A DNA stretch of 64,000 nt from Felis catus (GCF_018350175.1 NC_058368.1:110238001-110302000), one strand, 5' to 3'; shown: positions 13,524 through 25,333, counted from the first letter of the stretch. Notes: generated by a model not told the origin, from the sequence alone. Numbers and translations: made by a program.

Positions 13524-13850
13524 TATTTGCTAAGATTCTGAGCTATGACCTGAAATAAATCTGTGTGAAATAAGAAAATAGAAAGGAGATCCTTTTCAAC
13601 TTGCCAGTCAAGATTTAGTTTATAAAATCACAGGTTAGTGATAGGAATGGCAATCAGGAGGCTCCTTGCTCACAGTCATATTCCCAAACAAATGATATTA
13701 AAAACCATTCTAGTGAGCTCATTGCTGGCAGCCATCACTACAATACGTAACACTTCACTAATCTGTATCTTTTTATCATGGCAAGAAAAACCAAGAATGC
13801 ACCAGGGTACAGAATACACTTTCAATGGAAAGTGGCCCACGATCCGGCTC

Positions 13851-14165
13851 TGTGGCAGACAGACAACTGCCCTCAAAGATGTCCACACCTAATTCCCAGG
13901 ACCGGTGTACACATTCCCTTATGTGGCAAAGGGGACTTTGCAGATGTGATTAAGTTAAGGGGCTTGGGAACAATTACCCAGATGGGGCCAATGTCATCAC
14001 CATGGTCCTCATAAGGAGGAGGCAGGAGGGTCAGAGTCAGGAGATATTACAAGGGAAACAGAGGTCAGAGTGATGTAGGGCCACAAGCCAAGAAAGCAAG
14101 TAGCCTCAAAAACTAGCAAATGCAAGGAAACATATTCTCCCCTAGAGCTTCCAGAAGGAATCCCT
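13851..14165 (+). mobile_element. MLT1D LTR, 5' part
   Basis: tgtggcagac...aaagatgtccacacctaattccc...tggcaaaggggactttgcagatgtgattaagttaagg...ttctcccctagagcttccagaaggaa. Confidence 0.88.
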
Positions 14166-14970
14166 GTCTTGCTCTTGTCTGAGGCCACACAGACCAACCA
14201 TTTTAACTTCCAGGAATCTGCAGTCACTACAAACCGCTCCACACAGTACCACCTCCATGCTTCTTGTTTTAGGAATTCATAGCATAGAGAATCCTATGCA
14301 ATATAATCTCCAGGCCTGATCTTGAGCAGCAACATGGAGTCATGTGGCAAAGCATCCACTATAACGTGGCCAGGGAGGTGGGTGTTCTAGTTAACCCAAT
14401 GTTCTGCTTAGTAAAGAGCTCCCAAGGAAGACCTTACTAGAAAGAACTGGGAACCCTATCACCACTGTATGAACCACTCATAAACAGGACTCCAGGCTTC
14501 AGAGGGAGGGCTCTGAGACTCAGCCTTATCTGTCTCCTAGGAACTTCTGATTGTCTCAACACAAGAGGGCAAAAATATACATTGCATGGCAAACACAGCT
14601 GGTCTTGCTCTGATGACCAAGGTCAGAGCTTTCATTAACAACGCTGAAAGTGGCAATATGATCCGCAGACACGCTGGCTCCAGAGAGGCTGGTCAGCCAG
14701 CCTCCTAGAGCACCAAACTTGACTGTGCCTTTTGGTCAGAGGCCCTGGAGTTCCTGGAGCAAACAGGCCATTTGAGGCTAAAACGTACCCAGCACGGTCG
14801 GCCCCCACCCCTACTGGGGACAAAGCCTGCAGACCCCATCTCTGTTGTGAAACTTGCAGGATGTGGTTCCGGGAACTTCTTGCTCAGCAGGCACCTGTGG
14901 ACCAAGGAGTTAATGCAGAAAACAAAAGAGCCTAGAAAGCCTCATCATGGAATTAAAGTGGTCACAATGA

Positions 14971-15186
14971 GGGGTGCCTGGGTGGCGCAGTCAGTTAAGC
15001 GTCCGACTTCAGCCAGGTCACGATCTCACGGTCCGTGAGTTCGAGCCCCGCGTCAGGCTCTGGGCTGATGGCTCAGAGCCTGGAGCCTGTTTCCGATTCT
15101 GTGTCTCCCTCTCTCTCTGCCCCTCCCCCATTCATGCTCTGTCTCTCTCTGTCCCAAAAATAAATAAACGTTAAAAAAAAAAAAAG
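14971..15186 (+). mobile_element. young CanSINE (SINEC_Fc), first unit of a tandem pair
   Basis: Near-consensus felid SINE; left TSD ttaaagtggtcacaatga at 14953-14970. Confidence 0.97.
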
Positions 15187-15189
15187 TTT

Positions 15190-15406
15190 GGGGCGCCTGG
15201 GTGGCTCAGTCGGTTAAGCGTCCGACTTCAGCCAGGTCACGATCTCGCGGTCCGTGAGTTCGAGCCCCGCGTCAGGCTCTGGGCTGATGGCTCAGAGCCT
15301 GGAGCCTGTTTCTGATTCTGTGTCTCCCTCTCTCTCTGCCCCTCCCCCATTCATGCTCTGTCTCTCTCTGTCCCAAAAATAAATAAACGTTGAAAAAAAA
15401 AAAAAG
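15190..15406 (+). mobile_element. young CanSINE (SINEC_Fc), second unit of a tandem pair
   Basis: Near-consensus felid SINE; right TSD ttaaagtggtcacaatga at 15407-15424. Confidence 0.97.
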
Positions 15407-15424
15407 TTAAAGTGGTCACAATGA

Positions 15425-15559
15425 GGCTTGACACTTTCATGTTACTCTGCGAAACTGATTTTAGACTTCTAACTTCCAGAACTTTAACAATAAATGTATG
15501 TTATTCTAAGCCACCCAGTTGATGGCAATTTGTTACAGCAGCAATAGGAAATGAACACA
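15425..15559 (+). mobile_element. MLT1D LTR, 3' part
   Basis: gacttctaacttccagaact...aataaatgtatgttattctaagccacccagt...tttgttacagcagcaataggaaatgaacaca. Confidence 0.85.
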
Positions 15560-16709
15560 CACACACAATTTCCTCCAGCCTCCTGTGGGCAGGACAGCCC
15601 CCTGCAGCAAAGCCCCCTGAGGAGCCACTGACCTACACCCTCACCTTCATGTCACACCAGAGATGCGTCTCCCAGAGCATCCACCCCAGAGGAGATGGAC
15701 TGAGATCCTCGGTTAGGAAGAGGGGGTGGCAGATTCAGCCCCTGTCTGCATCACCCCTCTCTCCTGCTCCCTGGCTTCTCTGTCTACTGGCTGCTCCCCC
15801 CCCCCCCCCCCCGCCCACCAGTCCTCTCCTCCTGCTGCAGACAGAGCAGCCTGTGGTAACAGAGCTGTGTCGCCTCACCCACACTTCTTTAATGAGACCA
15901 CAGGCCAGAACAAACCACCTTGAAAGATGAACTGTTTGTGAAAAACAGAACAAAAAAAATTAAAAATGAAAACCTCCTATAAAATAGGAGTCTATGCGTT
16001 AAAGAAATCATCCTGAACTCCTGGATGCAAATTATTTTTATATCACCTGAGTTTTACAAAAGGTCAGTCGGTAAGCCCTTTGCCATTTCCTTCAGCCAAG
16101 TCCTGCTCTACTGTCTGCAATTTAGTCCTAACTGAAACAGGTCCAGGCAGCGGGAAGGACCAAACCCCAGGATAAATTGCAAGGAAAATTTATTGTTGAT
16201 CTTGTCTAACACACTTAACTACAGTAACAAGTTCTTCATATGCTGGTCAATTTCTTCTCCTTGGCATATTGCTCTTTTTCCTAGTGACAGAGTTCTGGAG
16301 AGCTCTCACCCTCTATGTATTGCTAACTACTATTCTTGTGTAGCTATTAAACCCAAACGCATAAGGTCCAGCTTTGGAAGAATAATGCGGTTGAAGAAAA
16401 ACGGCCCCGAGGTCAAAAATAATTTTAACAAATAACACAACTGCTTTACTGCCTTTTTTCTAAAACAGTTACGGAGACACAAATTTGCAACTTACGGTAA
16501 CATTTGCTCACATCCGTTTTTGCTCCCGCCTCCCTTCCCTCTCACCTCCAGCCGTCCCAGGTGCCACTCCCTACTGTAGTCTTAAGCTCTGCACTCCCAG
16601 CTGCCCTGGCTTTTCTTCCATGCCACCTGCTCTTCAGCCCTCAAGTTCGTGGATCAGCCCACTTCTTAATGAGCAAGGAAGGAGAGCCGAGAGGATAGAA
16701 ATTGGGTTG

Positions 16710-17232
16710 TAAAGGGATACAGGAGTGCTGATGCATAGGGGCACTTGTACCCCAATGTTGGTAGTAGCACTTTCAACAATAGCCAAATTATGGAAAGAGC
16801 CTAAATATCCATCAGCTGACAAATGGATAAAGAAATTGTGGTTTATATACACAATGGAATACTACGTGGCAATGAGAAAGAATGAAATCTGGCCCTTTGT
16901 AGCAACGTGGATGGAACTGGAGAGTATTATGCTAAGTGAAATAAGCCATACAGAGAAAGACAGATACCATATGTTTTCACTCTTACGTGGATCCTGAGAA
17001 ACTTAACAGAAGACCATGGGGGAGGGGAAGGAAAAAAAAAAGAGAGATTAGAGTGGGAGAGAGCCAAAGCATAAGACTCTTAAAAACTCAGAACAAACTG
17101 AGGGTTGATGAGGGGTGGGAGGGAGGGGAGGGGAGGGTGGGTGATGGGTATTGAGTAGGGCACCTTTTGGGATGAGCACTGGGTGTTGTATGGAAACCAA
17201 TTTGACAATAAATTTCATATATTGAAAAAAAA
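16710..17232 (+). mobile_element. young felid L1, 5'-truncated (ORF2 C-terminus + 3' UTR + polyA)
   Basis: Open ORF2 C-terminus at 16725-16997 (CTPMLVVALSTIAKLWKEPK...WIKKLWFIYTMEYY...ATWMELESIMLSEIS). G-rich 3' UTR, AATAAA and A-tail. TSD agaa(a/g)ttgggttg at 16697-16709 / 17233-17245. Confidence 0.96.
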
Positions 17233-17542
17233 AGAAGTTGGGTTGGAAATTACAGGACTTTGGTTGACTGAAAGAAGCGAAGAAGCAGTGAACCCTCTTG
17301 TATTCATGAGAGTGTTTTAACAGTTCATCTGACACGACATTATAATTTATACACAGACTGTGCTCCTCCAGGGCTGGGACATGCCTTGCTCATCTTTCTT
17401 TCCTAGGACCAGGCGGAGGGCTTCACACAGACAATAGGTGCTTGGTACATTATGGCATGGATGTACCATGAATATTTTGGTCAAGATTATTTGCTGTGAT
17501 AAATATTTTACATTTATTTAAAACAATTCAAAATTAACTTCT

Positions 17543-17726
17543 GGGGTGCCTGGGTGGCTCCGTTAGTTAAGCATCCAACTCTTGATTTCAGCTCAGGTCA
17601 TGATCTCAGGGTCATGAGATCAAGCCCCAGGTCGGGTTCTGCGCTGGGTGTGGAGCCTGCTTGAGATTCTCCCTCTTCCTGTCCCTCCTCAGATCCTGCA
17701 CCTGTTCATTCTAAGAAAATAAAATT
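17543..17726 (+). mobile_element. CanSINE (older carnivore type)
   Basis: ggggtgcctgggtggctc...ctcaggtcatgatctcagggtcatgagatcaagcccc. Confidence 0.93.
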
Positions 17727-17727
17727 A

Positions 17728-17945
17728 GGGGCGCCTGGGTGGCTCAGTCGGTTAAGCAACCAACTCTGGATTTTGGCTCAGGTCATGATCTCATGGTTCT
17801 GAGTTCAAGCCCCGCATCAGGCTCTGCACTGACAGTGTGGAGCCTGCTTAGGATTCTTTCTCTCTCCCTATTACTCTCCCACTTGTCTGAGTGCTCTCTC
17901 TCTCGCTCTTTCTCACTCTCAAAATAAATAAATTTTAAGAAAAGA
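17728..17945 (+). mobile_element. CanSINE inserted at the tail of the preceding SINE
   Basis: ggggcgcctgggtggctcagtcggttaagc...(CT)n...aaaataaataaa. Confidence 0.94.
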
Positions 17946-17989
17946 AAGTTAACTTTTGAATAGAAACAAAATATTTATAAAATTTAAGT

Positions 17990-19130
17990 AGCATGTAACA
18001 ATACAATGATCATCCATGTAAATCAGTTTTTACTTACATACAAAGACATTTTTTGTAACTTGCTTCTTTTTGCTTACCTTCCTGAGAATATAACAGCAAT
18101 GTTATCACATGTAAATGTAATTCATTCATTTCCCATGTGATACAGTATTCTAGATCCACTATATCTATACCTACTCCCTACCTACCTATCTACTATCTGT
18201 CTGTCTAACCACACATCTAGGTACCTTCTATATATCACTAGAAAATAGATCACTATGGTATCATAATAGACTCCATAGCAATCACTATAGACTATACTGC
18301 AATTTACTTACACATTCTTCTGTTACTAGACCTTTAAATTCTGGTTTTAAGCTATTACAAACAAAGCTTCTAGAACTTTCCTGTTCATGTCTCCCAGTAG
18401 AAATGTACAAGGATATATATACTCTTTAAAAATATATACCTGGGAGTGGAATGTCTGGGTCCTGGCATATGAGCTCTATCAGCCACATTAAATAATACCC
18501 AACTATTTTTCAAAGGAATCACACCACATGTGTTCTCACTGGTAGTATATTAGAACCCTCATTTTTCTTTAAGATGGCCATTGCTCTTTCTGGTTCTTTG
18601 TTTTCTACCTACATTTAAGAAGGAGCTTGTTAAATTACATACACATGTGCACACACACCTGATAAAAAGTTAATATACTTATCATTTGGGGTGATGATAA
18701 ACTGTAATATTAAGCTTTCTTATCCATTAATTTGATCTTTAATAAATTGTCACTATTTTCTATGGACGTCTTACATATTTTAATTATATTGATTCTTGGA
18801 AGTTTTCTTTTCGATTCCAGTGAGTTTAATATCTTTACAATTTCTCTTTGTTGCTGTTACATATAAACCCAATTGGATTTTGTATTTTAATTTTGAGCTA
18901 TTTAAATATATGAGCTAATCCTAGTAATTTGCTCACAAAGCTTTTGGCTTTTCTATAAAACCCCATAATTTGTGAATAATCAGAGTTTCGTTTCTTCCTT
19001 TCCGGTCTTGATACTGTTTATTTCTTTTCCTTAGCTTACTTGCCTTTTCTAGGACCTCCAGTGTACTGTTCAGCAGAAGAGGCAGGTACCCTTATCTTAC
19101 TCATCATCTCAAAGGGAATGGTTTCAATAC
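17990..19130 (-). mobile_element. ancient L1 (L1M/L1ME-like) fragment, 3' UTR-ORF2
   Basis: Reverse-complement L1 motifs acctgggagtggaatgtctgggtc, ttttctaggacctccagt and catctcaaagggaatggtttca. Confidence 0.7.
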
Positions 19131-19134
19131 ATAT

Positions 19135-20159
19135 CCATGCTTTTACGGGAACCATCTGAGAACAAATGAAAAGCACCACATGCCTTTAATCCCAAAGCAT
19201 TTATTTCCTAAGATCAAAACCTCCTTCTATAGTACAACTATAAAAATCAGTATTGCTACAATACTATCACCTATTCCACAGTCTATATTAAAATCTTGTC
19301 AATTGTCCCAATAGTGTTCTTTAGAGCTACTGTTCTCTCCTAGTACAAGAATCAACCCATGATCACAGATGGCACTTGGTTGTTATGTTTCCTTAGTCTC
19401 CTTCTATCTGAAACAGTTCCTCATCCTTTCTGTGTGTTTCTTGATCTTCATATTTTTCAAGAGTATGGCCAAGTTATTTTGTACAATATCCCTCAACCCG
19501 GATTCGACTGCTGTTTCCTCATGGTAAGACTCAAGAATGTTACACATTTTTCACAAAATACCACAGAGTTGATATTTTGTCCCTCTCGGTACATCATATC
19601 AAGAGGCACATGATGCTGGATTGTCCCAGTATTGGCAGTTAGCTTTTATTTTTTTTAATGTTTGTTTATTTGGGTGGGGGGAGAGACAGCACATGAGGAG
19701 GGGAAGGGCAGAGAAAGAGGGGGACACAGAATCTGGAGCAGGCTCTGGCTCTGAGCTGTCAGCACAGATCCTGACGTGAGGCTTGAACTCCTGAACTGAG
19801 AGATCATGACCTGAGCTGAAGCTGGACGCTTAACTGACTGAGCCACCCAGGCACGCTGCAATGTTAGCTTTAATCTTGTGTTTAAGCTGGTATCCAGCAA
19901 GTGATTCCAATGTAGAGGTAGATTTTCCCTTTGTAATTAAAAACTCATTGGTGAAGAGGTACCTTCAGAATATGTCAATATTCTGTTCTTCATCAAATTC
20001 TGACTATTGCTTGTCAATAGCCACTGATGACTATTTTAACACCATCATCTCTTCTGTATTTCTTATCTGGCATTGTAAACAGGTTTCCTTTATCGCCACT
20101 TACCCATTTATGTAAGGAAGGACTCATGGATCCCTATTTTATTCAATGCGCTCTAATCC
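19135..20159 (-). mobile_element. L1MC-like 3' region (left part)
   Basis: gtcaattgtcccaata, ttgttatgtttccttagtctcc, tcaagaggcacatgatg and ggactcatggatccctattttattcaatg; continues after 23265. Confidence 0.72.
19645..19856 (-). mobile_element. CanSINE (felid type)
   Basis: Reverse-complement SINE; TSD-like gttagcttt on both sides. Confidence 0.94.
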
Positions 20160-21325
20160 TGTTCCAGTTACCTTTTTGGCTCCACCAATCGTTCAAAAAT
20201 CTAGTTGGCTGAGGCAACAACACTTACTTTATTATCGCCCGCAGTTTCTGTGGGCTAAGAGTCTGGGAAGGACTAACTGTGACTCAAGGACCCACGTGTG
20301 GCTGAAGTCAGGTTAACAGCTAGAGTTGTAGGAGTGAGGAACCACCCATCTGAGGGCTTGCTGAGTCTTTCTCTCTCTCTCTCATCATGTAGTCTCAGAG
20401 ACTCTCCATGTGGTCTTCCCATACTGGCTCATTTGGGTTCCCTCACAAGATGGTGACTTCCGGGCAGTCAGACTGTTTACACATCAGTTCAGGGCTTCAG
20501 TGTGAGTGATCCAGCCAGCAAGGTTAAAGATTTGTCACTTTTCATGACAAAGCCTTAGAAGCTATATAGCATCACTTCTGTCATAGTCACAAAGCTACTT
20601 GGATTCAAGGTGAGGGAAATAGATCCCATTGATGGAAGGAAACTCAAAGTCCCATTGTGAGAAGATGTGTAATGAGAGATACTCTTGTGGTCATGTTTAA
20701 AAAATACAATCTGCTACGTTCCTCTGAGCATATGAACTCACATCCTTTCCATAGACACACATGCAATCTTCTTCCTAGCATTCCCCAGGACATTAGGGCA
20801 CCAGCACTAAACCCAGGATCGTGTTCCCTGAATTAGGTCCAGGTTCAGATAAGACTCCTTGGGTTCAGTCCCTTGAGTCCACATATCCTTCCTCTTTACT
20901 GGAAGATGTGCAAACAAAGGAAATACATACTCTGCTCCCCACGTACACCAATTTATAATGGTGGGATAGGTGGAGAATTATATCTACAGGGATTTCCATT
21001 TTAAAAAGGTACAAAACGTGAGGCACATTTCAACTGATGATCCACAGCAGTTCTGAAATCCAACAGGTACTTGGTTCCCAGTTCCCTGATTAGGACTCAA
21101 GCCTACTACACAGGAATAACTCTCCATGGCTCTCGGCCCCACCCTCTGAACCATCCTTCTTTTTCATAAAAACTAGCCTAAATCTATAGTTAAAAGTTCT
21201 CTCAGCCTGCTTCCTACCCATGGACATTAGGGCATTCAGGGATCTCTTCATTTTATACTGCCCCTGTCCCTTTCATTCCAAACTTATATAATTCTTTTAA
21301 AAAAAATTCACTTGTGAGTTTTTAA

Positions 21326-21722
21326 TGTATCAGCTTATGTGTATCTACCTGGCTGAGTCACTACAGTGACCAGATAGTGGGTCAAACATTTTTCTAGATG
21401 TTTCTGTGAAGGTGTTTTTTGAATGGGATTAACATTTAAATTGCTGAACTTCAAGAAAAGCAGACTATCCTGTAAGTGTGGGTGGGCCTCATCCAATCAG
21501 CTGAAGGTCTGACTAGCACAAAAACTCATCTCCCCCGAGCAAGAAGGAATCCTGTGAGCAGACTCAAACTGAAATTCCTTCCTGTATCTCCAGCCAGCTA
21601 GACTACTTAATCAGATTTTGGACTTGCCAGACTCCATAATCATGCGATTCAATTCCTTAAATCTCCTTCAACATAAACACAGTCTGTTGGCTCTGCTTAT
21701 GTAGAGAGGCCTGAGTAATACG
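21326..21722 (+). mobile_element. MLT2 (ERVL) solo LTR nested in the MLT1 internal region
   Basis: ggtcaaacatttttctagatgtttctgtgaaggtgtttttt...gtgggtgggcctcatccaatcagctgaagg...cagattttggacttgccag. Confidence 0.88.
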
Positions 21723-22228
21723 TACTCTTGCAGACAAAAGCCAACCCCAAAAACCTCTTCAGGATAAACTCTGCTGGATCTTGGGCCCCCTGTGAAGTTG
21801 CTAGAGGGCCATCCTCTTAAGATACTTGAAGCCCTCTTGCTCAACAGAAAGGCACACCCCTGAGACCTTTAAAAGACCTTTTTTCTCCCCTGGTAGGAAA
21901 GGTCTTGTTACCTTAAAATTTTCTCAAGTTTTAAAAAAGAATCTTACAAATCCTTCATGGATTTGATCTTTGCCCTGAAATCTTTTCTTAATGTGACCAC
22001 TTTTTGCCATTTTGAGAAGTTACGAGTGAGAAGCAGTTTTATTTTCAAAGGTGGTGAGCCCTGACTCCTCTGTATTTAACAGCTTTGCACCTTTGCTCCC
22101 CTCTCATGTTTCATCATAGGTAAGAAGCAACCTGGTGCAGGGGTGGGGGGGCGGGGACTTTCAGTATTCTGTCTGATCATCTGCTGAGTTGGATCACTGA
22201 GTTTATTTGGTGTATTTCCTGCTATTTT

Positions 22229-22484
22229 ATTTTATGTATTTATTTTTAAATATTTATTTTTCAGAGAGATAAAGAATGTGTGCATGAGTGAGTGAGGAGC
22301 AGAGAGGGGCGGGGGGGGGGGGGGACAGAGGATCCAAAGAGGGAGACGCAGAAAGAATCTGAAGCAGGCTCCAGGCTCGGGGCTGACAGCAGAGAGCCCG
22401 AAGTGGGGCTCGAACTCACGAACTGTGAGACCATGACCTGAGCTGAAGTCAGACGCTCAACCGACAGAGCCACCCAGGCACCCC
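22229..22484 (-). mobile_element. CanSINE (felid type) nested in the MLT1 internal region
   Basis: Reverse-complement SINE with an expanded G-run at ~22306-22324. Confidence 0.95.
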
Positions 22485-23264
22485 TCTCGGTATTTTATTA
22501 CGACAGGTCACAATACTGCCCAACTATTCACTATCCCAGTCAAGGGTCCTCTTCTACCTGACTCTTAGTAACATTTTCCTTTACTGTCTTGCAAGCTCTC
22601 ACTGACAGCCTCCTCAGGGCTTTTTGGGTTTCTGCTTACACTCTCACATAGACCCTTCAAGCTCTTACCCGTAATCTTTTCAAAGCCCTTTCTGCTTCCT
22701 CCTACCTTCCAAAGCCACCGTTACATGCTTTGATTTTTTGTTACGGTGACAACCCATACCCAGGTCCTAAAATCTGTGATTATCTATTGCTATGCAACAA
22801 ATCATAACAAAACACAGTGGCTTCTACCAACAAGCATTTTACTATTTCTCCGTATTTCTGTAGGCCAGAAATTTGGCAAAGGAGCAGCTGGGTGGTTTTA
22901 ACTGAGGGGCTCTAAGGTAATGGTAGTCAGAGGGCAGCTGAAGCAACATTATTCTTTGGTCACATGTTCACAGGGTCCCTCCACATGGACTAGTTGGGCT
23001 TCCTGATAACAGAGTTGCCTCAGGACAGTTAGACAGTTTATATGTTAGCTCAGGGCGCCAGCATAAGGTAGACGCTACTCTGACTTTATGATCTGGCCTC
23101 AGAAGTCCCGTAGCATTGCTTGCATACCCGTAAGCCCACCCAGGTTCAGGGAGATGGAACATAAACCATTCCTGTCAGCGTGAAGGGTGTCCAAAGCACA
23201 TAGGAAGAATATGTACAACGGGAAACACCACCATAACTGTCTTTGGAAAATACAGTCCGCCACA

Positions 23265-23591
23265 AATCCACTACTATTTCTTTTTTCTTTCTTTAGACTC
23301 AAATTGTCCAGATGTGGCTCCTTGGAGCCCTTTCAAGCTGGCTATTACATCCTTTTGACAAGCCACCATGATCGTTTGAGCACTGCCTTACTTTCTGGAA
23401 CAAAATAATGTTTCAGATTCACCCTGTACTTTTTCTGCTCCAGCAGTGGAATTAACCATTTCACCAAGAAGCCTTGGTTCCTTTTAGTGGAGAATCCAGG
23501 GGCTACAAGTTTTCACTGCTGTTGGAGTATCATGCTTCTGACCCGTCTCAGCAGACAAAGCTAGAAAAGGTTATACATGCACGCACGCGCG

Positions 23592-23642
<51 letters not shown>

Positions 23643-23765
23643 TGAGTTCTTACTAATACTTCTATTTCCAGTCCAACAACAAAGGGTACATCCCAGACCT
23701 CCCTCATTCTGTATTTATAATGCCCTTCCCTAAGGGAGTTATTATTATATTCAGTACATTGACTC
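23265..23765 (-). mobile_element. L1MC-like region (right part, continuation of 19135-20159)
   Basis: ctcaaattgtccagat...gagccctttcaagctggct...ttggttccttttagtggagaat. Confidence 0.72.
23576..23640 (+). repeat. (CG/CA)n alternating purine-pyrimidine microsatellite
   Basis: catgcacgcacgcgcgcacgcgcgc followed by about 20 CA units. Confidence 0.96.
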
Positions 23766-23769
23766 ATGT

Positions 23770-25130
23770 GTCTGCTACTGGGTTTTTTAAGTTATGTTTT
23801 ACTCAGTTAAATTAATTCCCCTCTATGCTGGTGTTCCTTTTCTAATAATTTTCTGAAAGAATGAATATTAGATTTTTCAAATTCTTTCCCTACATCTAGT
23901 GCTAGGATCATCTGACTTCTCCACTTAAGACGGTTCCTGTGGTAAAATACATCAGGACAATTCTAGTGGCGATCAAACTTCTGTTTTCAGGAAAAACCCA
24001 AATTACTGTAGTTCATTATCTTTTATTAATACACTACTAAATCCAGTTTGCTGGTTTTTTTCCTTAGGGCTTTCACAACTATGTTTAAAACCTGCCTGAC
24101 TTTCATACCATTCTTGCCGCATTTGGGTATCAGGGATATTCTAGTCTCATACATACACCCCCTTTTCTATACCCTGGAATTGTTGATGGGGACTTGAAAT
24201 TGTTAGTCCTTGAATGTGTGTTAATACCCAGGGGTATCTGGATCTGGTATCATCTTTATGGGAATATTTCTACTTAATCTATTTCTTTAATGATTACAAG
24301 GTTACTTGGGTTTTTAATTTCTACTCAAGTTTCGGCAAATTTTATCTTACTTTTTTTTTAGGAATTGGACTGTTGGAACTTTCAAATTTATTGTCAAAGA
24401 TTCTGTTATTATTTTAATGTCTGTAGCTTCAATGATTATATCGTTTTATTCCTCATAGTATGCATTTATTCTCTATCCTACCCCGTCTCTCTCCCTCCCT
24501 CCATCGTTACCCTCTCGCAGAGTTTTGTCAGTTTTATTATTCCTTTCAAAGAACGAGCGTTGTTTATCCTTTCTGCGTGCTTGTTGTTTTAATTTCACCC
24601 ATTTCTTTTTAATGTTGTTCTTCAGTATTTACTTTCTGCTGCTTTATCTTGGTTTACTCCACTAGTCTTTACCTACCTTTGCGAGTTGTATGTTTAATTC
24701 ATTAACTTTGGGCCTTTCTTCCATGTTAATGGAAATACTTAAGATGATGGATTTCGCTCTAATTTCCACTCTAGCTGCATTCCACAAATTGTAATATGTA
24801 GCATTTGTTGTTGTTAAGTTAGATTTTTCTCATTTTCTTCCCTTCCGCTCATGTATTATGTAGACAAGTATTTAATCTTCAAACATAGGAGAGTATTTCT
24901 GGTCCTCTTTAAAAAATTTTTTTACTTGACTGCATCAAGGGCAGTAACTTTGTAACAATTGCTTTATGGGTTAGCTTGCAGCAATCTTCTTCAACTTTCG
25001 TTGTGCACCTGAGGAACGTGTGTATTCACCCTGTGTTGTATGCATTCAGGGTTGTTTTTCCACTCCTCCAAGTTCTTCTCATTTATATCTCATTTGCTCT
25101 TAAATCTATTCACTGATTTTTCAATTTTTG
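23770..25130 (-). mobile_element. ancient L1 ORF2 fragments (continuation of 17990-19130)
   Basis: Reverse-complement ORF2-like motifs ttttcaaattctttccctacatcta, atccagtttgctggt and ctctagctgcattccacaaattgtaatatgt. Confidence 0.65.
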
Positions 25131-25162
25131 ATTACAATTTGAATATACAATTACATTTGTAT

Positions 25163-25318
25163 ATACAATTGTATATACAATTGTATATACAATTGAATAA
25201 GATACAATTGTATATACAATTGTATATACAATTGAATAAGATACAATTGTATATACAATTGTATATACAATTGAATAAGATACAATTGTATATACAATTG
25301 TATATACAATTGAATAAG
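25163..25318. repeat. 39-bp minisatellite x4 built from a palindromic 12-mer
   Basis: Four perfect copies of atacaattgtatatacaattgtatatacaattgaataag starting at 25163, 25202, 25241 and 25280. Confidence 0.97.
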
Positions 25319-25333
25319 AAATTACACTTGGTT

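Larger units (their letters stand above)
20160..23264 (-). mobile_element. full-length MLT1 (G/H-like) MaLR element: 3' LTR 20160-20718, internal region 20719-22774, 5' LTR 22775-23264
   Basis: Two homologous LTRs ending aaaatacaatctgctacg / aaaatacagtccgccaca. TG...CA termini and perfect 5-bp TSD aatcc (20155-59 / 23265-69). MaLR LTR-internal junction ttccaaagccac...ttgttac...ccaggtcctaaaatc|tg. Confidence 0.87.

Noticed and set aside
14971..15050. tRNA gene calls at SINE heads (A/B boxes)
   Set aside because: These are tRNA-derived CanSINE promoters followed by SINE body, (CT)n and A-tail, not tRNA genes
22085..22126. Second pyrimidine tract + TAG|GTAAGA recursive-site-like motif
   Set aside because: It lies inside the MLT1 internal region, with a weaker donor and no clean branch point. 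It shows that such motifs can arise by chance
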